Part shown: one piece after another, positions 51,351-64,000 of the stretch
Position numbering within the stretch: the first letter of the stretch is position 1
Layout of the letters: the number at the start of each line of letters is the position of its first letter
Assembly: GCF_018977255.1 (NCBI RefSeq)
Contig: NW_024704743.1
Span: forward strand, 70,124,001 to 70,188,000
DNA: 64,000 nt
Origin: Callorhinchus milii
Lineage: Eukaryota
Reading direction: 5' to 3'
Made by a program: the position numbers and the translations under genes
Notes under the pieces: model-generated
What the model saw: only the letters and a program-made list of their open reading frames with translations
Databases searched by the model: none
What the model was told of the DNA's origin: nothing

Positions 51351-53898
51351 CTTTATCCAATGAATACTTGAGCTATACAATCCAGGACGGTTCTATGATC
51401 AATCCTCAGTGTGTATAAAGTTGGCTAATCTCAATTGGGCATTTCAATTGGGGTCTTGCTTCCCCTGGTTAGGGAAGGTAAATCAGCTAAGGCGTCTGCT
51501 CCTAATCACTACACAACCCTCCACTCCCCACTACTAACTCCTTACAAAAGGAGTAAGGAGGATGTCTATAATGATATGCTGTAACTGCATGGTGAGAATA
51601 ATATGGATCAGAGCAATACACTACCCTCCAAAGTCGCCTTTCTCCTTTCAGAGTAGCTTACAGGCTTTGTACAGCACTTCCCTGATAGTACAGACATGCA
51701 AGGAATTCATGATCACGAACCTGCATCCTAGTATTCCAAAGTACCGCATGGTGTTGAAGCATGACCACTCATATCAATTCATAATGAATAGAAATATAAT
51801 GATGTACTGGTGTGTGAACCACGTCCCTAAACTTAAACAGTTTAAAAACATACCCACCAGATTTCACTGTGACGTAAAAAAATTATATTAAATAATCAAA
51901 ACAATATTCCAAACCAACAGGAAAGGGATAAACAGTTTTCCCAGGAATCTTGAATTTTAATTTTTTAGGATTTACCCGAACTCAAGAAATTGAACTGCAA
52001 TTCAGTTGTGTCTAATTTCAATATTTTCTTGTAAAATGCTTGCCCCTACCAAGCTGAATGCAGCAATTTTTGTAACAGCAACGATATTCTCTACAAAATG
52101 GCTGTCACGTCACTCTAATGGGCACTGGTCTATTTATAGAAATGAAAAGCATCTTTGACTACCATTCCTGCTGTTCTAATTGGTCCATTGATCATAGTTC
52201 ACTAATCAAACCCAAATGACAATCACCCCGGAGTGAACCAATAAACCTATTGCGTTGTTGATTCGAGACTAATAAATGTGAGGCAATTTAGCACACCGGA
52301 AAACTCACTGATCCTTAAAACCTCAAAATTTACATTTATACAGCACTTTCACGTCAGAAGGAAATCTCATAGGGCTTTACAGTCGAAAAAATAAGTCATA
52401 GGGGGTTTTGATGATGGGGAGGAAGAGGACAAGGAGGTTAACTCTGGGATGGAGAGTGAGGGTTCCCCAAATTAAATCCTAGTTGTAATAATATTTAAAT
52501 AAAAATATTCCATAGACACTGCAGAATATTTCCATTTTGAATTTCAGTTGCTTAAAGCATCACTGCCTTCCACATTATTGGCAAATGACTGCAGACAAAT
52601 GTGAGGTTATGCACTTTGGGAGGAGGAATAAGGACAAGTATATGTTGGATGGGTCAAGTATTAAAAGGAGTGGAAGAGTAATGGGAATTGAGAGTTAATG
52701 TACATCAATCCTTATAGATGGGAAGTCGGGTGGACATATATAATAATAATTATAATCTTTGCATCTGTTATAGCATTTTACCACCTCTTTGAGATACCTG
52801 AAAGCGCTTCACAGAATATACTGTAAAATCCATGTTGGCCTTCAAAGTAGGAAGGAACTAGATAGATTCATTAAAAAGAGTGAGCTACAGGGGAAAACGC
52901 TGGTAAGTGGGACTGAAAGGATTGCTCCAAGGATGGGCTAAACAAGCTTCTTCATAATCTTCTATGAAGTTCTATTATTTTGAAATTCTGGAAGATTTTA
53001 GTGAAAAGCTGTTGGGACTGAATATCAAACATTTATCCAAAGCCATTCGCACCTGCACGTCCTTGCAGTCAGCTATACAATACAATTTATATTTACAAAG
53101 TCTCAAAGTGCTTCACAATGCTGGATGGCACCTGAGCTGGGGTAATGGTAAGCTTCATTTGGTAGATGGCAGAGAAAAGGAGGGAGACAGGGTTAAAGGT
53201 GTGGAGGGAGACAGGCAATCATCACACAGATTTTTTTTTGGGTGGGGGAGGTGGAGAGGGAGGTTTATGCGGGAAGAAAAGACAACTGAATCCCAACTAC
53301 AGTCAGTACTATATCAAAGTAATTTACCCACCTACTCCAGCAACTGAGTGACATTCGAAAACTCTAATTGTACGTACGCCACCACACTCACATTCATGGG
53401 GACAATGATTCCTACAGCTTGATATTGAAATTTAATATCATCTCACAATGGTTTCTGAAGTGCTATGCAACAAATATATTCCAATTGTTTTTAATCTATT
53501 AATGGCCAGTGAAAATGTCTTTCATGTTGAAAACATTGTTGCCAAGTACTGTTATTATACAATATCACATATTGTGTAATGAATCATCAACATGTTGTCC
53601 TTTTTTTCCCCCAAAAAACGGAACATTTAGCCAACTTAAAACTGAGAGCAAAATTACATAAAGGAATTACTAATAAAAAACATTATAACTTGTATAACTG
53701 TCGTGTTAGTTTTATCTTTATCCACATTTTATACTGCCCTTTCTCTTTACGATATGCTTTTAAAAGCATGGCTTTAAAAATTTGTCCAACAAAGTCAACC
53801 AATGTTGGTTGCAGCCCATTGCACAAGATAATACAAAGATATAGGTCAGATTTAAAACTCTCACAAATGAATTTTCAAAATTAACAGTCTCCCTCTTA

Positions 53899-54008
53899 CC
53901 TCGGGAATCTTCCACTTTTATTAATTTTCACCAAATATAATTTGGTGGAAGTCAAACCATTAAAAAAAATTTTTGGTGAAAATTGGTAAAAGCTGAAAAT
54001 TCCCGAGG
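53899..54008. repeat. Imperfect inverted repeat (37-bp arms, 5 mismatches); possible MITE relic
   Basis: cctcgggaatcttccacttttattaattttcaccaaa pairs with tttggtgaaaattggtaaaagctgaaaattcccgagg. Confidence 0.75.
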
Positions 54009-55915
54009 CGTTTACAGGGCACCTTTCACCTCACAAGGATGTTTCAAAGCATTTGATATCCATGCTGGGAGCTGGAGCCGAGGGGGTGAGATGGGAAAAA
54101 GATATGTCGAAAAGGAACATTCAGCACTCTGAGACACTGCCCCACATAAAGGGTGCCAAATAAATTTAAGTTGTTGTTGTATTGAGATGGGTCTTGAACA
54201 AGGTCAGGGAGGGAGCGAGTGTGTCGGAGGAAGGTGGGCATAATCTCAGAGAATAAACTAAAAATTTATTGCAGTTTGACATTCCTTCAAAACCAAAATA
54301 TAAGAACTCTAAATGTACGCATAGTATTGTTCCAGCAGCTGAGCACATGTAGAAAATGCTGAAACTGCACATCATGTAAATCAGCATCTGAGAGAGAGAT
54401 ACCTTCACATTCTGGGTGAGTCCCTATATCAAAGCAGTTTTAATCTGCCATCAGGAGTAAAACACCTGAACTTATTTAGTTTAAACACAGAACTTTTACT
54501 TTGCGGAAAGTTAAATAAAGGTAGAGAACTACAGGTTGGTAACCTTTAGAATCTAACGACAAGAAGTTTCTAAAAATATTAATCTAATGTCATTATTTTA
54601 ATTATTGACATATGAACCAACATTTCATAGTTCCTTCCTCACAATAGCCTTCAGGGTTTAAAATATCAAAACATTTTTTTTGATAAAAAATCTCCTCCAC
54701 GCTCATGGTATAAAATTGGATCTGGAATATCATCAGTGAGAATTATTTACATACCTTACTTGTAGTTGTTGCTGCAGAGTTTTAATGTCATTCTTCCCAG
54801 GCTAAGTATGAACAGGTATTTCACACTTCCCACCGTAAACCATAAATATCATTGAAAGGAACTGGAACAGTGTCCACATAATTTACATTCAGAAACCAAA
54901 TGAGTGCTGCTGTATATTATAAAGAAGTTTAGTTTTGGGCTAGTTGATCACACTTCCTATTCTGATAACAATGAGGAAGCACTGCATCTGTAATACTACA
55001 ACTAAAGTAATACCAGATACACAAATGCTTTTATCTATCAGATTGTTATGTACCATCGTTTTAAAGCATTTCACATGTTGGTATACATTTTAAATGTTAA
55101 TGTGCATAAAACATCAAAAAAATGTTTTCAAAAATTGAAAGATGCAATTTCTCACTGGTATCAAAATAATCTAAATTAATTCAAAGACAATTCTGAATGT
55201 TTTAAAACTCAATTATTTGATTAGGGTAAACCAGTCAATAATAAAGTGCAACTTAATAAATCATGTGAATTCTTATTTTGTTGAAACCTTCACTAACTCC
55301 TAGCACCATCTGTTATCATCAAAACTATATGACAAGATATGCTATATAATTAATAGGTAAACAACAATCTAATTAAAATGGACAAATACCCCATGTTCTT
55401 GCCATTTGGGAGCTCTAATTACAGGCTAAATTTTAAGCTTGAATTAAATATTAACGCTAGAAAATTAACTTTCCTTCTACAGTCTTGAATACATTAATAA
55501 ATATGTGAAGCCATTTTCAATATAGGAGTTACATGCCAGAAAAACTTTTGTTTATCACTGTGTGCTGCTCTATGTTAAACGCACACAGATTATTATTCAC
55601 ATGCAAATGCACTTGTTTAGAATTCATTCAGGCAGAAGAGACTAAACTTAGGGGAACACAAATCCAGTTTAATGGATAGTCCTTTATTTAGCTGACATCA
55701 TTACGTGCCACGAAAGATGAGGGAACTTCATTACAAGAAAACATTTTGAAACATTAAGCAACTGAAAATTTGTACGTTCCTATGTGGCAATCAGCCTACT
55801 TTTTTCAAAAAAGCAAGGATCTCTGAGAAGACAGATATTGTTTTAACGCCATTTACTGTAAGCAGGAAAGAAAATATTTCCTCATCAATACCCATACACT
55901 GTTGATTTTATGCAG

Positions 55916-56481
55916 CAGGGTGGTCCAACTGGCAGCCGCAGGCCGGGGAATGACTTCATCTGACCCGTGAATCATTTCCAACTTCATTGTTTTACTTCTC
56001 GGCTCCACCCCTCTTCCCATTACTCTTTGTGCTGCCTCGTACAAGCTCGTGAGAGACAGCACAGCAAGTGACAGTAAGAGAGGCGGAGTGGGAAAATTTA
56101 AAAAAGGTATTGCTTCATATTTCGCAATTCTGAAACTACACAACTATTTTAATTCACATTCTAATTGTATTTTAATTCATTTATTTATTCATTTATTTCA
56201 CTTTCATTGTTTACTCTGGATTTGATGATTATCCTTGCATATATGCACTTATTGATAAGTGTATTATTGTTTTAAAATTTGCATGAATTTTTACGTTGCC
56301 TATTTAAAGTTTGCATTGAAACTAAAATACATTGAAATTAAGCATACACAATTTAAAACATAGGATTTTGATATGATTGTTACAAGTTATGTTTCTGTAT
56401 CGGAAACACAAATGTATTGTTTATGGCCCACAAACTTTTCTCAAATACAGCCCTCAGCAGTCAAAATATTGGACCACCCTA
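55916..56481 (+). mobile_element. Complete non-autonomous hAT element (566 bp)
   Basis: TIRs cagggtggtccaa and ttggaccacccta; 8-bp target-site duplication ttatgcag/ttatacag (7 of 8 match); the 3' half matches the reverse complement of 39551-39865. Confidence 0.9.
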
Positions 56482-56849
56482 TTATACAGTATAAGTGCTC
56501 GAAAAGTTAGCTTAGCTCATTGTTGTTAGAAGTCTTCTATTTGTCAAAGAATCTCCCAAATTCTCCATGTCTTTCTGTGATGTTAGCAACCACATGGCTC
56601 AAATTCATGAGACATCTGTCCTGATCACAGTCAACCATTATGCAATTCATTAATTAAAGATGTTCTGGACTGCTCTTAAACCACTCTATGTTTAGTTGGC
56701 TGTAAGTGCATACAATTGAGCTTAAGCAGCCCACATCTGTGTGTAGTAAAAGACCAGTAAGGCCTCTGACCAAGTCTGCATCGCGACCTGATTCTGCAAC
56801 AATGCCTGCCTCTGCCACTGCATCCTCAGCATCCTCCCCCACACGCCCC

Positions 56850-57195
56850 CATGTAGCCAAAACCCTCATCCAAACCTTTATCATTTTCAAACTCTCCAGC
56901 CTCTTTATTCCATACTTCAAACTCTTCAGCCTGCATCTGCATCCTCTCCACCACTAGGCTCTACATGTCCATCTCTAATACTCCAGAAGATCAATTTTAA
57001 ATTGAGCTCCCAGTCAGTTGCATGAAGCAATTTGAGACATAAATGTAACCTGTTGTATCTCTTTGACTTCACCTTCAGCCACCTCTTATCCTACCCCTCC
57101 TATTTCTCTCCCAGCTTAAGCTCCAACTCCCCCTTTGTAAAGTGTTATGAGATGTTCTCCCTACTATAAAATACGCTATATAAATATGAATTGTT
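56850..57195 (+). mobile_element. Old L2 remnant
   Basis: Translates to VAKTLIQTFI; tail acgctatataaatatgaattgttgt. Confidence 0.55.
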
Positions 57196-59004
57196 GTAAC
57201 CTTTCACCAAAATGCCTGCAGCATTCTTGATGGGGGGGGGACTCATGGATTGAGGGTAAGCAGCACAATACTGCATCAAACAAATGAGGTAAAGGTAAGC
57301 CCGTGATTGTTGAAAAGAGAAAAATTGAAAATACACAGAAGGTAAAAAAAATCTGAAAGATAGACAGTTTAATGTTTTGTATGTTACCTTACAGCATTTA
57401 CTGTTTTGCTTCAGATTTTAAGTATTCAACATTTCTTTTTAATCTCTGCTCAATGGTTACATTTCATTTTTTCCCCATTTGGATTTGAAATATGTGGTGC
57501 TCACATAAATTAAACTGAAAATTCAGCCAATGAGGTGCTGTTGCTANTTTTTTCACTGAAGTTGTTTAAAGTCAATCAAAATACAAGAGAAAGTTTAATT
57601 TCAAATGCCAAACTCAGAATGATTTAAAGACAGTGCCTTATGCTGATAGTTACCATGCATAAAGGTGACAATAGATTTATACAACAGTGAAACTTAACTA
57701 ATTAATGCAAGATACAGAGTTTGAGAGAGAGTGATGGTATTTAGAAAATGTAACTGGCCAGGTAGACAATAATGGCCTTTACCAGTCTTGTGCATTCCTA
57801 CGTTCCTAGCATAATTTTAGATATTAATTTTCCCATAGGGAATGTTAGAGATGCAAAAATAAATAAGATGTTTTGTTGCATCTGTGTCTTGTTAGCAAAA
57901 TCAAAAATTGGGAACACAATGCTAAGACAGCAGAGGCCTAGAACGCTAGAGGATTCTATTCTCAAAATTAATTTTCAATTTCCCAGATATAAAACATGTA
58001 ATCTTTCTGAGTAAAAATCACACCAGTGAGACACAGCTGTAATGGTTGTTTTCCTCTGCTGTTTCTGAAGTCGTGGGTAACAGACATGTTATACCCAAAT
58101 GTCCATTTTGTTGCTACTTCACCAAATCAATGTTATTTGTGGAAAATATAAAAAAAGGCATATTTGGAACCTCAAACTCTTTCAGACAGAATTACTTAAT
58201 ACTCATTTATATGGCAGCTGCTAATTTCCTTTTGTAACAAATTAGCAGCTGTACCACATTAGTTGTTGCCATCTCAACGCAACCCATTTACTGATGTGAT
58301 TTTGTTCCAGACTAAAATGTCCCAACTCAAGTAGGAGCATTCAATTTTGATCCATAGTATAGTAATTTGATGTTTGGGCAGCCTGGTGCACTGCATCAAA
58401 TCTCTCCTCTTAATGCATTGCGGTGTGCCTTGCTGCTTATTTACAGTGCTGCTACTTCATAATGGATGTCTGTACAAGTCCCAACGGCAGCAACCCAACT
58501 TCAAAATGCATATTCCAAATACAATCAGATTTCAAGTTTCTTTTCATTGAATGAATTAGAAAATGGAATCAATCAATTTATGAATTTAACAGTATTGACC
58601 TTTGTGCTTCAGCCCAATGTTTGGGTAGGTGATCAGAATATGCTTTGAGGTTGATGTCCCCTCGACTTATCAACCTGTCCTGCCAAACCACACCCAATTT
58701 ATGAGCAGAATCTAAGTTAACAACAAATAACATTTTAGCACAGTCTCTCACCTGATAATGTAAATGGACTGTCTCATCCCCTACAATCGTAACCAGTAAT
58801 ACACATCTGGATGATCTCATTGAAGCTTGTGACCCAAACAACAATAAACTCTTGTGTCACTTCCACATTACGTGTTCTTTTGGAACTGATTAAAGGGTGG
58901 GAAGCAGACTGTAGTGTGAGGAGAGCAAGGTTGAAATGGCAAGTATTGAGTGGGGCGCCTCAGGATGCTTGCTGGGACCCTTTTTGTTCCTAATATACAT
59001 ATAT

Positions 59005-59387
59005 AACAACTTGGATTTATATAGCGCCCTCCACGCCGGACGGCGTCTCAGAGCGCTTTACAGTAACGGATCCCGGGACCGAGCCGGGGGGAGGGGGAGG
59101 AAGGTGATCAAAGACGCGGTCGAAAAGAAAGGTCTTCACCAGAGACCTGAAAATAGGAAGGGAGGGAGCAAGACGAAGGGAGTGAGGAAGGTAGTTCCAG
59201 AGCCTCGGGGCATAGTGGCTGAAGGCACGGCCGCTGAGGGTGGAGCAGAGGACTCGAGGGACGAGGAGGAGGCCAGACCCGGAGGAACGAAGGCAACAGG
59301 TACTGTTTTGAGGAGAGAGGAGGTCAGAGAAGTTGGGGGGTGCAGAGGAGTGCAGGGACTTGAATACAAGGGTGAGGATCTTGAAAT
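59005..59387 (-). mobile_element. L2 3' end (third variant) inserted into an old CR1 remnant (58890-59500)
   Basis: Translates to FKILTLVFKSLHSSAP...GRAFSHYAPRLWNYLP...FRSLVKTFLFDRVF. The left flank encodes the CR1 motif VLSGAPQ..LGPFLFLIYI. Confidence 0.88.
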
Positions 59388-60285
59388 ATAACCTGGATTG
59401 GCATACAAGGTATTTAAATAACTGTGAAAACTTAACAGGATAGGCACTTGGGTTAATAAATGGCAAATTAAGTTCAATTCAGATCAGTACCAAGTACTGC
59501 ATATAGAAAGTAAAACTAGTAGCCACACAGATAGATAAAACTAACCAAGAGATTGAAAGAGCTAGTCGGTTGACTCGTCGCTTACAACAGCAAAATAATA
59601 AACATGCAGTGAAAGATGCTGGGCTCAACTGCCAAATCCGTTCAGTTGTGCAGAGTAATTTTAGGACAGACACCGAGTTCTCTTTCGTTACACAGGTTAT
59701 AAACGGTCAGAGTACGTTCCCTGAAAGGGTGACAGCCTCATTTAAGAAACAATGTGATTGTGTAAAGAAGACAATTGCATTGGTATTTTGCAAGAATGAG
59801 ATCAAATGGTGGATATCAATCCAACATTTTGTCATCCACAAAAATACCAAAAAACCCTCCATCTAATTACTTCTGCCTACTTGATCTCACTGTTTTCGAG
59901 CTTGCAGCAACTTTACAAGTCAGAAGAACAAAGCTAACACAGTCCGACCACAACAAACATAACCTTTGAGTTAATGTGCCAAAACAGGAAGCAATGGAGA
60001 CACCATCCTCAATTGATGTACTCAAGCAGTCAGCAGAAGAGAAGCGACTTGAAATTTTCTGCAATGAGCTCATAGTACACGTTTTGATAATGTTACTGTT
60101 TGGTTTGATTCTCGTTCCAACAATAAAATACTCAATCTCCAGCCTTGCATCTGAAAGACTGGAAACATCTAAACAAATAAGGTCATTAAGTTTGTTGTGT
60201 ATAACTATAGTGTCATTTGCTACAGAACATTTCAATTTGCAATGACAAGGCAAACATGTAAACAGGGTACAGTTTCGAAGTTGCA

Positions 60286-60430
60286 TCTATACTAATAAAG
60301 ACAAAATGTCTGTCTGTGTGTCTGCCAATAACGCAATAACCGATTGTCGTATATCCATGATTTATGCCTCACCGGAAAGGCCTTACATGGGGGAGTGTCA
60401 TGGGCATATTTTCAGGGATCTTCTATTGTT
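60286..60430 (+). mobile_element. Helitron-like 5' end, first copy
   Basis: a|TCTATACTAATAAAG followed by a GTCT/GT microsatellite; about 80% similar by eye to 60731-60880. Confidence 0.7.
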
Positions 60431-60527
60431 GATGAGCTATATTTAAAAAATCCTTTAACTACGCCCCAAAATATCAGGTATGCATGGTATTCTGCAGCAA
60501 AGTAGTGACACAGGAAATTATACAACC

Positions 60528-60723
60528 CCGCCAAAACCAAAAACAATAATAAATTGGTCATTTTCAATCTACGACTGTTTGTGGGACATTGCTGTGCGCA
60601 ATTGGCTGCCGTGTTCGCCCACAAATATACAGTCAATTGACTTTACAGTGTGTTCTGTGAAGCGCTTTGGGACGTCCTCCTGACGTGAAAAGCGCTATAT
60701 CAAATGCAAGAATTATTATTATT
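60528..60723 (+). mobile_element. Young SINE 3' half
   Basis: Short-form body, Deu core and (TTA)n tail; no tRNA head. Confidence 0.9.
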
Positions 60724-60730
60724 AGAGGCA

Positions 60731-61043
60731 TCTATACTAATAAAGACAGAATGTCTGTCTGTGTGTCCGTCCGCCAATAACATAATAACCGATTAACGCA
60801 GAGACATGATTTATATCTCATCGGAAAGGTCTTGCATGTGAGAGTGTCATGGGCGTATGGTTGGGGGGCATCTCCTATCGTTATATTAGGTATAATAACA
60901 TAATAAAGTGTAATAATAAATATAATAATCTAATATGAAGTATAATGATCTTATATAAAGTATAATAATCTAATATAAAGTATAATACTACATTCTATAT
61001 TGGTTCCTTTGGTTGCAAGCATAGTTGCAACAGGTACAGCTAG
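60731..61043 (+). mobile_element. Non-autonomous Helitron
   Basis: a|TC start; sub-terminal hairpin gttgcaa-gcatag-ttgcaac followed by CTAG|t; no target-site duplication; internal ~20-bp tataataatctaatataaag tandem repeats. Confidence 0.78.
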
Positions 61044-63293
61044 TAGAAAATAAATCAAGGCATTTGACTGAAATACAAAACTATACTTTACAAAGGCCAT
61101 GAACTATTAGTTTTCTAAATTTGGCAAACAAGTCTGCTCAGCGAGCTACTGTGATAACTTGAATTATTCAAAGAGCACGATGGTAACAAGTGATTATTGA
61201 ATCAACTGAAGTACATAATAATTCAAATTAAAAGTTAAAATAAAAAATAAAATTCAAAAAGAACTAGAAACCATTGCAGTACAGCACCAGCATGATAAAC
61301 ACAGTCAGCTGTGCATGAATTTAATTTGGAACATAATGTTTATGACATGCTTCGTAAAGCATCTGGTTGTGAAAAAGAATAATATTTCACAATATTATAT
61401 AAATACAACTAGAAATGTATTTGCAAACAAGAAAGAGTAAGGACCCCCCTCCCTAAAACCTATGCACTACTACAATTGAAAAATCTTAGGCTAAAATAAA
61501 AAGCTGTTTGAAACTATTTGCAATTATTGGTCCATTTTTAATTCATTATTTTATTAGATTATGTGAATTGCATGTCAAAATTACTACAAGTGGACAAAAC
61601 AAAAGAGCTGACTCTCTAAATGTAAGTTGCTAACTAAAATGTGAGATCCATTTTCCTTATCAAAATGTCGCAAATATCCATGTCAATGGATTTTTTGTTT
61701 ACCAGAAATGACTGGAAAGCCATATGTTTTTTCTATTGTGCAAAGAAGAAATGACTCTCAGTCACTTGTGTTTCTGATTAGCAAAATGATTTATGCCACA
61801 ATCACTAAAAAATGCCAGCCAGTGAATGAAAAACGCACAGTGATTACACCAGATGTGCAGAGGGAAAAAAAACAGTAGTTGCTACAGTATAAATGCAGCT
61901 ACCTAGCTCACTTAGCTTGTTTTACATGTACATTGTGTGGTCCCCTTAGAAATTGCAAGTTCTCACTTTCTGCTCAACTACATAATGGGAAATAAATTGT
62001 ACATTTTATACTTTTTGCCATATACAATTCAACAAATTAAGACCCGTTTTGTTTTTAGACTTATCATCAGGAGTAGGCTGGCAAAGATCACAGGGATTAA
62101 TTGCTTCAGAGTATAAAATGCAGGTTTCCTTTCTTCCTGCATATTCGGTAAAGAAACAATGATTAATCACTGTTTAACTATTCTCTAGAGGGATTTGAGA
62201 GTTTGCCAAACCAGTTCACATTCTCATAAATCGAAAAGTTACATTTAGAATAGCTGCCAGTAAGAAAATACAACTTCAGTCATCGTTTAACAGATTACAA
62301 CTTGTCAAAGCCCTAAACTCCAATTGGATAAGAATCGATCAGTCTAGAATATGGTACTTCTTGCACATGCCCTATTTGCAGATCAAGCTGCTAATTCAAA
62401 TGTACTCTGTTGAATTCTGCCCACAAAGTTGTTCTCTAATACCAAGCAGATTTCTCTACCTAAAGCAAGACATATACTTATATTGCCGTTCAATTTCACA
62501 TTTTGCCAGGTTTCAACAAATATTCTTCTTCTATATATTTCTGCTTGTTCATAGTTTTAAAGGGCTTTTTATGATTACAGAAAGAGGAGGCAAATATTCT
62601 AGAGTTTCTCTTCCAATATAATTTCAGTGTTTAGAACTGTTCGAGATGATTGGTGCACATGTATTTCAGCTCAAGTGTAATTTGAAACTGGAGATTTTTA
62701 ACGGCCTCAAAAAAAGCAAATATTCTATATTTTACTATATTTTCCATCCATAAGAATGCTTTTAAAACTCTTCTCTGTAAACACCTTGCTTGTGTACATG
62801 AGTTCCCAATACTCACTAGGTCAGCAAAGGACCTGCAGCTGCCTTATCTGTGACAAGCTTACAACATCTGCTCAGTTGCATATCGCTACGTTCCATTTTC
62901 CTAGGACTATTCATGCAGTGTAGCACAGGACTCCTAGAGGGAATATGGATAAGCAAAGGAAGACATCAAGTCTGTAAGTGTAACAGTGGTCTAATGCTAT
63001 TTATTATAATAGCTCAAAGACAACCTGTGCTCCATTTCTAATGGCAGTGCAGTACTTCAATTTACCTCAGTTAAAATAGTCTACCTTTATTAAGCTTTCT
63101 GCACTTGAATAAATTATTATAGCTTTAGGAAATCATAAGAGAAAAACTAATACTGTATACAAAAAAGTATCATTTTCTTACTCTAATGCTTTTCAGTTCC
63201 AATTTCATCTGTTGTGTGAACAAAAATGTTAAAATATTTAGTGACCTACACTTTAAATATAACATACTTGTCCTGGTCATCAATATTATAGAC

Positions 63294-63360
63294 CAGGGTG
63301 GTTTAATTGGTGGCCCGTGGGCCGCATTAGCCCAGGGGGTGATTTCATCCGGCCTACCCA
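63294..63360 (+). mobile_element. 5' end of the same hAT family
   Basis: cagggtggtttaattggtggcccgtgggccgc...gatttcatccggcc resembles 55916-55970; preceded by ttatagac. Confidence 0.6.
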
Positions 63361-64000
63361 CACTCTTACTCCCTGGCGAACTATCCTCTTATGGCAGCGG
63401 CAGGAGCCAGCATTTCAGAGGGCACTGTTGGTAAAGAGAACCGGTTGCCTTCCCCTCAGCTCGAGAAACTTCCTGACACCCTGCATCAAGGGCGGCATTA
63501 TTTCCACTCCCACAGCTTTACCATAAAGCATTGCTGAACCAAAAGATATGAATTATTTTGAAAGGAAATTAGATGTTTGAAAACAAGTACGGGAGCAAGC
63601 AAGAGAATGGGATTTAACTAGGTGGACCACATGGAGAAAAATACCAGTTGGCAAATTGATTGGCTAAAAGATCCAATTCTGTGCTGTTAGTCTTTGATTC
63701 CAAGATAAGCAATACCTTTTTTTAAACCTGAAACCAAAATAGTTTTAAAAACTTACCTAATATAGCTAGTTCAAAAATACCAGCTCGTTGTTTTATCAGA
63801 AATTGCAAAGTCTGTGAAAATAATGGTGCTGCTTATTGTATTAGACATTCGTAGTGCCATTAACTTCAACGACTAATATAAAGTACTGAATTACAGATAA
63901 TAGTTAGGAATTTGGTGAGTATTCTGACGAGTTCCATAGCACCACAATAACCTTGTGACGATCAAGTTCTAGGTATAGAATTTTACATTCTTCCTCCCAA

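Noticed and set aside
57547..57547. Single N base
   Set aside because: An assembly ambiguity with no biological meaning.
59867..60286. 139-aa minus-strand ORF and overlapping ORFs next to the Helitron
   Set aside because: No Rep/helicase motifs or other recognisable domain; composition is consistent with non-coding DNA.
31708..64000. Upstream non-coding TBC1D5 exon or promoter (donor-like sites near 35589, 49340 and 54754)
   Set aside because: No convincing acceptor-donor pair and no CpG island; this cannot be called without transcript data.

Overview
Eukaryotic vertebrate genomic DNA, AT-rich and repeat-dense. The repeat inventory points to a cartilaginous fish, probably a chimaera such as Callorhinchus (inference). 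Most or all of the window is intronic sequence of TBC1D5 (retromer-associated Rab7 GAP) on the minus strand. Two small exons missed by the ORF track are visible: the ATG-bearing exon (31707-31556) and the next 70-nt exon (3254-3185), separated by a 28.3-kb intron. The rest contains about 20 tRNA-Ala-headed Deu-type SINE copies in two subfamilies, 5'-truncated L2 and CR1 LINE ends, a Penelope relic holding three nested insertions, a hAT (Charlie/Buster-type) transposase fossil with its MITE, a Harbinger fossil, a Tigger-like MITE and a non-autonomous Helitron with two 5' ends. Best leads: conserved HPL/DPL motifs in the TBC1D5 N-terminus, inverted young SINEs bracketing the start-codon exon, a SINE/L2 3' stem-loop with compensatory changes and an apparent tail update, the composite Helitron, a CTCF site with its upstream motif, and an unclassified three-copy repeat. 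I found no evidence of a new multi-gene system. Repeat boundaries were read by eye and are approximate.
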